NCBI RefSeq assembly: GCF_025643275.1
Contig: NZ_CP089977.1
Coordinates: 1,980,001 to 2,012,000 of the forward strand
DNA from: Moraxella nasicaprae
GTDB lineage: Bacteria > Pseudomonadota > Gammaproteobacteria > Pseudomonadales > Moraxellaceae
Direction of reading: 5' to 3'
Length of the DNA: 32,000 nt
Shown here: in pieces, positions 24,515 to 32,000 of the stretch
How the letters are laid out: each line of letters begins with the position of its first letter
Numbering within the stretch: position 1 is the stretch's first letter
Program-made: the position numbers and the translations under genes
Notes under the pieces: model-generated
What the model saw: only the letters and a program-made list of their open reading frames with translations
The model's database searches: none
What the model was told of the DNA's origin: nothing

Positions 24515-26554
24515 TTAGGCATCGGTTTTTTTAGGTCTGCCTACCTTCTTTTTTGGTGCTTCATCGGTGGCGACTTTTTTGGGTCTGCCTACCTTCTTTT
24601 TTGGTGTATCTGCTGTCTTGGTGTCAGCTGTTTTTTTGCGAGTGCTTTTTTTGGCTGGCAGTTTAATGTCGCTGACATCAACACCATTTTTATCCGCCCA
24701 AGCGTGTAGTTTTTCAACAAAGGCTCGTCCCATCGGGCTAGGGTCGCCACTAAATAGCGTCTGCAAGCCGTTGTTATCGATGATTTGGCGACGAAGTGCA
24801 AGGCGTTCCTCGTGGTTTTCAGCCAAACGAATCACTCGCTGTACATATTCATCGACTGTATTGGCAATCAGCCATTCTGGCAAGCCCAAACGCTTAAACA
24901 AGCCTTCGTCAATGTGTTCATGAACCTCATCGCCTGTTTTACAAACACCAACCAAGCCCAGCGTGACCATGTCAATGATGCCATTGGTATTGCCAAATGG
25001 GAACGGATTGACCAACAAGTCGCAGTTATGCAAAGTAATGAGGTAATCTTGATAAGGCGAATGTGGGTGAGCTGTGGCAGAATCGCCTAAATAGCTCTTA
25101 ATAAATCGCTCAACATAAGGGTGCGTCACCCCCATTGACTGACCCAAAGCAAAGTGATAATGAATCTTGACTTTGGCGGTGTCACGAATGACACGCAAGG
25201 CATTTAGGAAATAAGGGTTTAGCTTCATGGTGGTGGAAGCAATACCAATGTTCACTACTTCTGGATTTTCACGAAGTTTATAATCAACTTTTGTTGGAGC
25301 AAGTGCTGATGGCACATAAGGTAGTGCATCTTTTGGCAAACGAATCAATTCTTCGCTAAAACATTCTTCTAAGCCAACATAATCATCTTCAACAATCACA
25401 TATTCGATGAATTCAGAATGCGTCGTACCAGGGTGTCCCAGTGCAACTGCTTGGATTGGAGCAAGGCGAGTGTTGCTGGCAAAAATCGTGGTCAAATCCA
25501 TGCCAATGCTTGGCATGTACAAAATGGCAGGTTGTACTTTGTCGCAGACATCACGAATGGCTTGAAGTTTGCTAATCACGCCTTGGTTTGAATCTGGCAA
25601 TTTGTGAAATTCATCAAAAACTTCTCTACCTAAGGCATCAACATACTCACTACCAATGCCAATGATATAAAAATGCTCTCGTGCAGCTATCATTGATGTT
25701 GAATGCGTACGATAGATGGAATGTATGGAATTAAAATGTTCTAATACCACAACCATCACAGGTTTGCCATTGATACGACCAATACTATTAACATTTCTAT
25801 CTTGCCAGTTAAGATGTGTAACAAGATAAGAGCGAATCAGTGCGTTTACGCCTTTTTTGACATCGTGTTTATTTTTGGCAGTGTCATAGCTGCAATGCAT
25901 ATATACATCATGAGTGATGTTTGAAGGAAGATTGGCTAATGAGTCTATTTCTTTTAACTTATTGGGCAGCCATTGCAGAATTGCCGCACGCTTACTGAAT
26001 GCGGCATCAGTCCCGATAAAGCGAGGGGACTGCAGGGCAAAACATAAAGAAGCACAAAGATTTTTATCGACCGCCCACAGGGCATCAAGACTGATTGAAA
26101 TTTCAGATTCTGGCAAATATAAAATACAAAATTTAATCAGCGTTGATTGTTTGTTATCAAGGATAAAATTATTTTTGTCTGATTTGTCAGGATTGATATT
26201 ATAGGTTTGCAAAATGTGGTCAGCATTAACATAAGGTGAGCTGGCAAAAATCAACGAAATCCAACGCTGATGTGCCAAAATACGAACCGCACCTGATTGT
26301 GAAATGATAAGTTCTGGATCGGTGAAAAGCTGAGTGATGGCTACTGCCATGCGAGTACAAAAATATACTGTCTGTTCGTTTGGTAGATTGGTCAGCGATT
26401 CAGGATAATCAATCTTAATGCCTTGAAGATTACCAAAATTGGCATCTAGTTTAATTAAAATATTAAGAAGCTCGCCACAGGCTTCCTCGTATTTTTTTTC
26501 TGCAACCAAAGTTTCAAAATACAATACGCTTGGCATGGTTTGAGGTTCTGACAT
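24515..26554 (-). CDS. HMW1C/NGT-family cytoplasmic protein N-glycosyltransferase (GT41) with a lysine-rich AT-hook-like C-terminal extension
   Basis: 679 aa. RBS AAGGA. Residues from about 10 to 620 are colinear with my recollection of Actinobacillus pleuropneumoniae NGT / Haemophilus HMW1C. Shared blocks include VYFCTRMA, SLIFASSPYVNADHILQTYN, LIKFCILYLPES, CASLCFALQSPRF, DVYMHCSYDT, HSIYRTHSTSMIAAR, YMPSIGMD, RLAPIQAVALGHPGTTHSEFIEYVIVEDDYVG, LRLPKDALPYVPSALAP and NPFPFGNTNGIIDMVTLGLVGVCKTG. The last 55 aa or so (KLPAKKSTRKKTADTKTADTPKKKVGRPKKVATDEAPKKKVGRPKKTDA) are additional. Confidence 0.8.
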   Translation of the reverse strand: MSEPQTMPSVLYFETLVAEKKYEEACGELLNILIKLDANFGNLQGIKIDYPESLTNLPNEQTVYFCTRMAVAITQLFTDPELIISQSGAVRILAHQRWISLIFASSPYVNADHILQTYNINPDKSDKNNFILDNKQSTLIKFCILYLPESEISISLDALWAVDKNLCASLCFALQSPRFIGTDAAFSKRAAILQWLPNKLKEIDSLANLPSNITHDVYMHCSYDTAKNKHDVKKGVNALIRSYLVTHLNWQDRNVNSIGRINGKPVMVVVLEHFNSIHSIYRTHSTSMIAAREHFYIIGIGSEYVDALGREVFDEFHKLPDSNQGVISKLQAIRDVCDKVQPAILYMPSIGMDLTTIFASNTRLAPIQAVALGHPGTTHSEFIEYVIVEDDYVGLEECFSEELIRLPKDALPYVPSALAPTKVDYKLRENPEVVNIGIASTTMKLNPYFLNALRVIRDTAKVKIHYHFALGQSMGVTHPYVERFIKSYLGDSATAHPHSPYQDYLITLHNCDLLVNPFPFGNTNGIIDMVTLGLVGVCKTGDEVHEHIDEGLFKRLGLPEWLIANTVDEYVQRVIRLAENHEERLALRRQIIDNNGLQTLFSGDPSPMGRAFVEKLHAWADKNGVDVSDIKLPAKKSTRKKTADTKTADTPKKKVGRPKKVATDEAPKKKVGRPKKTDA
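24534..24606 (-). repeat. In-frame tandem duplication (48-nt period) encoding PKKKVGRPKK, two copies
   Basis: GGTCTGCCTACCTTCTTTTTTGGTG occurs at 24534-24558 and again at 24582-24606, a 25/25 match on the plus strand. On the coding strand it encodes the GRP-core AT-hook-like motif. Confidence 0.9.
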
Positions 26555-26926
26555 AATATTTCCTTAGAAAATCAGCAAATCAGTGAATGTAAAAATTGGT
26601 CATATTATAAACATTTTTTGTTTGATAAAATAGGGAGGTCTACAAAATTCACTCATAAAAATTACACATTGATAACATTAATTTCAGCAAAATTTAAGGT
26701 TGATATATTAAAATATCATTTCATCAGCATTGTGATACAATGTATTCATTAAAATGCTTTTGTGTTTGGATTGTGATTTTTTTAAAAGCGTGTTGCTAAC
26801 AAGTCCTTGATGGCAAGCCAAGTTGCAAGTTAAGCCAAATTGATATTTGCTTTTTGTCGCCTTAGGATAAATAATTCATTTAATCCAAACCGTCTTATTA
26901 TTGCTTGAATTTTAATCGGAGTTCGT

Positions 26927-27358
26927 ATGAAAAAAATCGCATTAGCGTCAGTAGTCGCTGCTTTGGTTGCAGGCTTGACAGCGTGTAACAATACCCCAGC
27001 AGCCAGCGAAGTGGTACTACCAAAAAGCCAAAACAACACCGCTGTTGTCAATCAACCAGCGGCAAATACTGCCGTCAACTCACATGCAGTTGCCAACCAA
27101 ATCAGCCCAATTTCAAGCCTTGCCAATGCTCGTGATGAAAGCATGGTTCGCTTGCAAGGCAAAGTGGTGCGTGCCTTGCCAGATGAAAAATACGAATTTG
27201 CTGATGCCACAGGCACGGTCATTGTGGAGATTGACCACGAATTATGGATGGGTCGTGCCATCACGCCAAATGATGTGATTACTATTGTTGGCGAGGTTGA
27301 TGTTGAATATCGTCCAACCAAACAAGTCATCATCGATGTTCAAAGCATTGAGTTTTAA
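26927..27358 (+). CDS. YgiW/YdeI-family OB-fold (BOF) stress-tolerance lipoprotein
   Basis: 143 aa. RBS GGAG. Lipoprotein signal MKKIALASVVAALVAGLTA|C. The C-terminal OB-fold block is VRLQGKVVRALPDEKYEFADATGTVIVEIDHELWMGRAITPNDVITIVGEVDVE, which fits the YgiW pattern (V.l.G.i...l..d.Y.F.D.tG.i.veID...w). Confidence 0.8.
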   Translation: MKKIALASVVAALVAGLTACNNTPAASEVVLPKSQNNTAVVNQPAANTAVNSHAVANQISPISSLANARDESMVRLQGKVVRALPDEKYEFADATGTVIVEIDHELWMGRAITPNDVITIVGEVDVEYRPTKQVIIDVQSIEF

Positions 27359-27395
27359 TCAGATGCGTTAAGCACATCGCTCATTAGCAAAATAA

Positions 27396-27437
27396 AAAAG
27401 CACAAGATACGACTTGGTATTTTGTGCTTTTATTTTT
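27396..27437 (+). terminator. Rho-independent terminator after the YgiW-like gene
   Basis: AAAAGCACAAGATAC / GTATTTTGTGCTTTT long stem with one wobble, followed by ATTTTT. Confidence 0.7.
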
Positions 27438-27511
27438 GAGCAAAAATCATTAAAATGATTGATAAAGAGGTAAAAAATCACTGAATCAACCATCAAAAAT
27501 AAGATGACATC

Positions 27512-28231
27512 ATGAAACAAACCAAAGATTTTCTTCCTGCTTGGGTGCTGCTTGGTGCGGTAGTGCTGGCATTTTGTGCAGGGATTTTAAATACAACGGC
27601 TTTGATGGGATTTACGCATGTATCAGCATCACATGTTACAGGCAATGTCAGTGCAATATCGGTGGCGATTTTGTCGGGTGATTGGGCAAATGCTAAGTTA
27701 TTTTTGATGTCGATTTTTTCATTTTGGCTTGGTTCGGTGCTTAGCGGCATGATTATTGGTTCAAGTGAATTAAACATCACACGGCATTATGGCTATGCCA
27801 TGTATCTAGAAGTGGTGCTATTGGGATTAAGTCTTGCTTTATACCTTAATAACAACGAATACGGGCAGATGATGATTGCAATGGCGTGCGGATTGCAAAA
27901 TTCAATGGTGGCGACTTATGGCGGAGCGGTGGTTAGAACGACACACTTGACGGGCACGACATCAGACTTGGGGGCGACGGTGGGTAATTGGCTGGTGGGT
28001 CGAAAGGTTAGTCTAAGCAAGGTGATTTTGCACAGCGGTCTGTGGTGGGCATTTTTCTTTGGCGGGTTTTTGGCGGTGGTGCTATATCGGCAGATGGGTT
28101 ATTTGTCGATGACTGTGCCGATGGGCATTATTTTGGTGGCGGCAATCAGCTATACTCGCATGGATAAATGGTACAATGCCGCCCAAAGAGCGGCACTTCG
28201 CCAGCGACTGTTTCGAAAAAAGCATCGTTAG
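27512..28231 (+). CDS. YoaK-family (DUF1275) inner membrane protein
   Basis: 239 aa with about 6 TM segments. LAFCAGILNTTALMGFTHVSASHVTGNVS and ACGLQNSMVATYGGAVVRTTHLTGTTSDLG are the characteristic DUF1275 blocks. Confidence 0.75.
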   Translation: MKQTKDFLPAWVLLGAVVLAFCAGILNTTALMGFTHVSASHVTGNVSAISVAILSGDWANAKLFLMSIFSFWLGSVLSGMIIGSSELNITRHYGYAMYLEVVLLGLSLALYLNNNEYGQMMIAMACGLQNSMVATYGGAVVRTTHLTGTTSDLGATVGNWLVGRKVSLSKVILHSGLWWAFFFGGFLAVVLYRQMGYLSMTVPMGIILVAAISYTRMDKWYNAAQRAALRQRLFRKKHR

Positions 28232-28241
28232 CTTTGGCTTT

Positions 28242-28847
28242 TTATCCAAAAGCAGGAGAACGCTTTGGAATGGCCTCCAAAAACTCTCGGCGTGCATCGT
28301 GATTTTGGGTAAATTCACCCAGCATACTCACGGTACGAGTGGTGGATTGTTGCTTGCCCACACCTCGCATCATCATGCACATGTGGCTTGCGTCCATCAC
28401 AACCGCCACGCCACGACACCCTGTCAGTTCTTCAATGGCGGTGGCAACCTGTTTGGTTAGGTTTTCTTGGATTTGTAGGCGACGAGCGTACATATCGACA
28501 ATGCGAGCCACTTTGGACAGCCCGAGCACTTTGCCATCAGGCAGATAGCCCACATGAGCCACACCATAAAATGGCAAAAGATGATGCTCGCACAATGAAT
28601 AAAATTCAATATTTTGCACCAAGACCAACTCTGGATTGTCCGAAGCAAACACCGCATCATTGGCAACGGTTTGTAAATCTTGATGATAGCCACGAGTCAG
28701 ATAACCAAAGGCTTTTGCAGCACGCATCGGGGTATCTAGCAGACCTTCACGAGTCAGGTCTTCGCCCACGCCTGCAATGATATTGGCATAATGCTCAGAA
28801 ATGGCTTGAAAATCTGGCGTAAAATGAACGGTATCAGAATTTGACAT
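28242..28847 (-). CDS. folE: GTP cyclohydrolase I (type 1)
   Basis: 201 aa. [48 protein letters not shown]-like [18 protein letters not shown]. Confidence 0.93.
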   Translation of the reverse strand: MSNSDTVHFTPDFQAISEHYANIIAGVGEDLTREGLLDTPMRAAKAFGYLTRGYHQDLQTVANDAVFASDNPELVLVQNIEFYSLCEHHLLPFYGVAHVGYLPDGKVLGLSKVARIVDMYARRLQIQENLTKQVATAIEELTGCRGVAVVMDASHMCMMMRGVGKQQSTTRTVSMLGEFTQNHDARREFLEAIPKRSPAFG

Positions 28848-28917
28848 AGTAGTTTAGCAATAAAATCCAAAAGATATAGCTTAACGCAAAATCAAATTTT
28901 GTAAAGAGTTAATCTCG

Positions 28918-28973
28918 AAAAATCGTTGAAATTTTATAAAAACTGGTTGAAATTTTCTCAATCAACGATTTTT
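28918..28973. promoter_or_regulatory. 12-bp perfect inverted repeat enclosing an 11-nt direct repeat in the folE/fabI divergent intergenic region
   Basis: AAAAATCGTTGA (28918-28929) / TCAACGATTTTT (28962-28973). GTTGAAATTTT occurs at 28925-28935 and 28946-28956. This is a candidate operator or structured element. Confidence 0.35.
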
Positions 28974-29025
28974 GATGCAATAAGTTTACATTTGTACTTA
29001 ATTTCTACCGCTTTTAACAAAAGCG

Positions 29026-29034
29026 TGTTATAAT
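29026..29034 (+). promoter_or_regulatory. Candidate extended -10 promoter for fabI
   Basis: TGtTATAAT lies 42 nt upstream of ATG 29076. Confidence 0.45.
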
Positions 29035-29075
29035 GGGGCAAATTTTTCATCATCTATTGATTAAGGAAACAAACC

Positions 29076-29897
29076 ATGCTACTAAAAGGTCAGCGTTTTG
29101 TGGTGACTGGCATTGCCAGTAAGCTATCCATCGCTTGGGCGATTGCTGAAAGTTTACATCGTGAGGGTGCAGAGTTGATTTTAACTTACCCAAATGACAA
29201 GATTAAAAAGCGTGTTGAGATGGCGGCAGAAGCGTTCAATGCCGTGGCGGTGATTGAGTGCGATGTGGCGTCTGACGCTTCTATTGAAGCTTGTTTTACC
29301 CAAGTGTCTAAGCATTGGGGTCAAGGCGAGGATAAAGGTGTTAATGGTATCGTACACGCCATTGGTTTTGCCCCAGCTGACCAGCTTGACGGCGACTTTA
29401 CCAATGCCACCACTCGTGAGGGTAGTCAGATTGCTCATGACATTTCTAGTTATAGTTTTGTGGCACTTGCCAAAGCGGGTCGTGAGCTTCTTGCGGCAAG
29501 ACAAGGTTCGTTATTGACGCTGACTTATGAGGGTAGCATTTCTGTATTGCCAAACTACAATGTGATGGGTATGGCAAAGGCAAGTTTGGAAGCCAGTGTG
29601 CGTTATTTGGCATCATCACTGGGCGGTCAGGGCATTCGTGTGAACGCCATCAGTGCAGGGCCAATTCGTACTTTGGCAGCCAGTGGCATCAAGTCATTCC
29701 GCCGTATGCTTGATGTGAGTGAAAAAATCGCCCCCCTGCAACGCAATGTTAGCCAAGAGGAAGTGGGTAATGCAGCCTTGTTCTTGCTATCTCCTTGGGC
29801 AAGTGGTGTGACGGGCGAGATTTTATTCGTTGATGCTGGCTTTAATACGGTTGCCATCAGCGAGCAGATTATGGCGATGGCAAGTGATGATGAATAA
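29076..29897 (+). CDS. fabI: Enoyl-[acyl-carrier-protein] reductase (NADH) FabI
   Basis: 273 aa. [34 protein letters not shown]..x6..K catalytic pair region ([13 protein letters not shown]), [15 protein letters not shown]. Confidence 0.93.
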   Translation: MLLKGQRFVVTGIASKLSIAWAIAESLHREGAELILTYPNDKIKKRVEMAAEAFNAVAVIECDVASDASIEACFTQVSKHWGQGEDKGVNGIVHAIGFAPADQLDGDFTNATTREGSQIAHDISSYSFVALAKAGRELLAARQGSLLTLTYEGSISVLPNYNVMGMAKASLEASVRYLASSLGGQGIRVNAISAGPIRTLAASGIKSFRRMLDVSEKIAPLQRNVSQEEVGNAALFLLSPWASGVTGEILFVDAGFNTVAISEQIMAMASDDE

Positions 29898-29912
29898 TTC
29901 ATTTTACTGCCC

Positions 29913-29944
29913 AAAAAAGCACGATGTTTTGTCGTGCTTTTTTG
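29913..29944. terminator. Bidirectional terminator between convergent fabI and sotB
   Basis: AGCACGA (29918-29924) / TCGTGCT (29932-29938), flanked by an A6 tract and a T6 tract. Confidence 0.7.
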
Positions 29945-29959
29945 TTGGATAATGGGGTG

Positions 29960-31117
29960 TTAGATGCTTTTTCGAGCAGTTACGACAAATAGAACTATCG
30001 CACTAAGGACGATGGCGGCTGACACATAACCAATCATGCCCAGCCCCAGATGTGTGATGGTCAATCCGCCAATCATTGCCCCTGCACCGATACCAATATT
30101 AAAAATGCCTGAAAAAATAGACATCGCCACATCGGTTTCACGGCTGGCGTGTGTCAATAGGCGAATTTGTAGAGCCAGACCAGCCCCTGTATTGGCAATG
30201 CCCCAAATCAAGATGACCATCATCCAAGTTGATATTTGACCAGACAATAGAGCAAAGGACGATAAAGCGATAAAGATGGTGAATAGGGCTGTTTGAATGA
30301 ATGTCAAGCCATGTTTGTCATAATACCGCCCAAACAACAGACTGCCAATCACGCCTGCCACGCCAAAAATCAGCAAAGTGCTGGTGGCAACTTGCCCGCC
30401 AAGTTGAGCAAAGGTAATGACAAACGGCTCAATGTAGCTATAAGTGGTAAAATTGGCGGTAACAATCAAAACAATCAATAGATAAATCATCAAAATGGGC
30501 TTGTTCTTGATGACGAATGGCAAGCTGGATAAATCACCTGTGTTCTTGGCGGGCAGTTTGGGTAAATAATACGCCAAAAGTCCAGCAACCAGTAGGCTGA
30601 TGATACCAATGATACCAAAACTACTTCGCCAGCCCAGCCATTGCCCAAGCAGTCGTCCAATCGGCAATCCCAATACCATCGCCAATGCACCACCTGTGGA
30701 CAAATAGCCTAAGGCTTTACTTTGCATGTCTTTTGGAGCAAGGCGTACTACCAAACTGGCAGTAATCGACCAAAAAATAGCATGTGCAATCGCAACCATC
30801 GCTCGTGAGATGAGTAGCATCATAAAACTGCTTGCCAAATACGACACCAGATGACTGATGGCAAACAAGACAAACACAAAGAGTAGTAATTTTTTACGCT
30901 CCATTTTGGCGGTGGCAAGCATCATGGGTAAAGAAAGCAGAGCCACAATCCAAGCATAGATGGTCATCATTACGCCTGTTTGACTGTTATTCATACCAAA
31001 ACTTGTGCCAATATCGCTCAATAGGGCAACGGGAATGAACTCTGTTGTATTAAAAATAAACGCTGACAAGGCTAAGATGATGACAGGAATAAGACCGTTA
31101 TTTTGTGTGTTCGTCAT
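29960..31117 (-). CDS. sotB: MFS sugar efflux transporter SotB-like
   Basis: 385 aa with 12 TM segments. Colinear with E. coli SotB: FIFNTTEFIPVALLSDI, TIYAWIVALLSLP, AHAIFWSITASLVVRLAP, ALAMVLGLPIGR, YSYIEPFV. Confidence 0.8.
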   Translation of the reverse strand: MTNTQNNGLIPVIILALSAFIFNTTEFIPVALLSDIGTSFGMNNSQTGVMMTIYAWIVALLSLPMMLATAKMERKKLLLFVFVLFAISHLVSYLASSFMMLLISRAMVAIAHAIFWSITASLVVRLAPKDMQSKALGYLSTGGALAMVLGLPIGRLLGQWLGWRSSFGIIGIISLLVAGLLAYYLPKLPAKNTGDLSSLPFVIKNKPILMIYLLIVLIVTANFTTYSYIEPFVITFAQLGGQVATSTLLIFGVAGVIGSLLFGRYYDKHGLTFIQTALFTIFIALSSFALLSGQISTWMMVILIWGIANTGAGLALQIRLLTHASRETDVAMSIFSGIFNIGIGAGAMIGGLTITHLGLGMIGYVSAAIVLSAIVLFVVTARKSI

Positions 31118-31182
31118 GATGGCTTGATGAAATGTTTGGTAGGGCTTGGTTTGATGGCGTGTGATTAACTGCCAATGTCAGA

Positions 31183-31214
31183 TAAAAATTCCCCCAAGTG
31201 AAACACTGGGGGAA
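31183..31214 (-). terminator. Rho-independent terminator after ppa
   Basis: TTCCCCCAAGTG / CACTGGGGGAA stem with a 1-nt bulge. The A5 tract upstream on the plus strand gives a T tract on the minus strand. Confidence 0.6.
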
Positions 31215-31235
31215 ATGATGAACCAAAACAGCTGA

Positions 31236-31766
31236 TTATTTGTCATTCCAGCGTTGCTGGCTTTCTTTGATGACTTCTTTGGCGACATCAATACCAAAGA
31301 AACCTTCAACTTTGGTTGTGCCAGCTTTTTTCAAATCTTTGTAGTGGTTGAAATGAAATTCTAGTTGCTTGATGAACTGGGCTGGCAAATCTTCTAGGCT
31401 ATTGTAAGCATTACCATTGTTGCGGTCATCAGCTGGTACAACAATCACTTTGTCGTCCACTTCGCCATCGTCCACAAATTTCATCACGCCAATGACCTTA
31501 GCTTTTAGGAAAATGCCTGTGGTCAAAGGCTGGTCGGTAATGATGAGTGCGTCTAGCTCATCGCCATCTTCGTCCAAAGTTTGTGGGATAAAACCGTAGT
31601 TGCAAGGCTTGGCAAAAGCAATCGGCTCAACACGGTCAAGCTCAAAGCATGCCAATTCACGATTCCACTCAATCTTGTGGTTTGAGCCTGTTGGAATCTC
31701 AACCACGACATTGATGATACCGCTATCAACATCGCCTGCGTCTAGAATTTTGTTAAAGTCTGCCAT
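31236..31766 (-). CDS. ppa: Inorganic pyrophosphatase (family I)
   Basis: 176 aa. VVEIPTGSNHKIEW, NYGFIPQTL..DGD.LD, KVIGVMKFVDDGE.DDKVI. Confidence 0.93.
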   Translation of the reverse strand: MADFNKILDAGDVDSGIINVVVEIPTGSNHKIEWNRELACFELDRVEPIAFAKPCNYGFIPQTLDEDGDELDALIITDQPLTTGIFLKAKVIGVMKFVDDGEVDDKVIVVPADDRNNGNAYNSLEDLPAQFIKQLEFHFNHYKDLKKAGTTKVEGFFGIDVAKEVIKESQQRWNDK

Positions 31767-31816
31767 AATGTACTCCGTTGGAAAATATCGCCATCACTAT
31801 GATGGAACAATAGTGG

Positions 31817-32000
31817 CTATTGTAGCGTATCTATTGGGCGTAGTGCAAGGCGTCCAGCACGGCGGTCAGCAATATTTTTGACAAATTGCTGCACAAAGTC
31901 TGCCATGTCTTGCTCGCTAAACAGACCAAAACTTGCCAATTTTGCCATTGGCATACCTGCATAGCCACAGGGATTGATGGCATTAAAAGCACTCAAATCA
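31817..32000 (-). CDS. lipB: Octanoyltransferase LipB, 3' end (partial, continues beyond the window)
   Basis: The minus-strand frame is open from the window edge to TAG (complement of 31817-31819). It reads DLSAFNAINPCGYAGMPMAKLASFG.., which contains the LipB C-terminal block F..I.PCG. Confidence 0.6.
   Translation of the reverse strand, partial: DLSAFNAINPCGYAGMPMAKLASFGLFSEQDMADFVQQFVKNIADRRAGRLALRPIDTLQ

Noticed and set aside
24443-24709. 88-aa plus-strand ORF (MFTLMWRRWIKNKST..FFGSAYLLFWC.. repeated)
   Set aside because: It is the antisense shadow of the Lys-rich tail of the NGT-like gene. Its internal repeat is simply the reverse complement of the PKKKVGRPKK duplication. It has no RBS and spans the terminators of two convergent genes.

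Overview
This is a mostly housekeeping chromosomal segment from a moderately AT-rich gammaproteobacterium. Gene content, the many extended -10 promoters (TGnTAnAAT) and a FadL/OMP-E-like outer membrane protein suggest Moraxellaceae, but that is inference; I could not run any search. All family calls come from reading the translations and recalling the families.

Gene order:
- Plus strand: prmB (3' end); a small AT-rich insert holding a DUF3883-like PD-(D/E)xK nuclease ORF, an overlapping 82-aa ORF and a decayed gene fragment; then aroC, a secreted hypothetical, thiE, mfd, a HIT protein, an HPPK-like protein and paiB.
- Minus strand: M48 peptidase, yjgN (DUF898), lpxL, uup.
- Plus strand: slyX, a FadL-family OMP, rpe, two small overlapping membrane ORFs, an acidic protein with duplicated PKKRRTRKK motifs, ftsY, ogt, pyrD, cvpA, purF, ykgO (L36 type B).
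- Minus strand: an HMW1C/NGT-like N-glycosyltransferase.
- Plus strand: a YgiW-like lipoprotein and a YoaK-like protein; then folE (minus), fabI (plus), and sotB, ppa and the lipB 3' end (minus).

I saw no rRNA, tRNA, CRISPR array, transposase or integrase.

Most interesting observations:
1. A stand-alone GT41 HMW1C/NGT-type cytoplasmic N-glycosyltransferase sits inside a housekeeping block. It has no adhesin or partner enzyme nearby and carries an extra C-terminal tail with two AT-hook-like KKKVGRPKK repeats.
2. A second, unrelated ORF upstream of ftsY carries a duplicated NLS-like APKKRRTRKK motif.
3. An AT-rich nuclease-type cassette, partly decayed, is inserted between the normally adjacent prmB and aroC.
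4. Two small membrane ORFs are translationally coupled to rpe.
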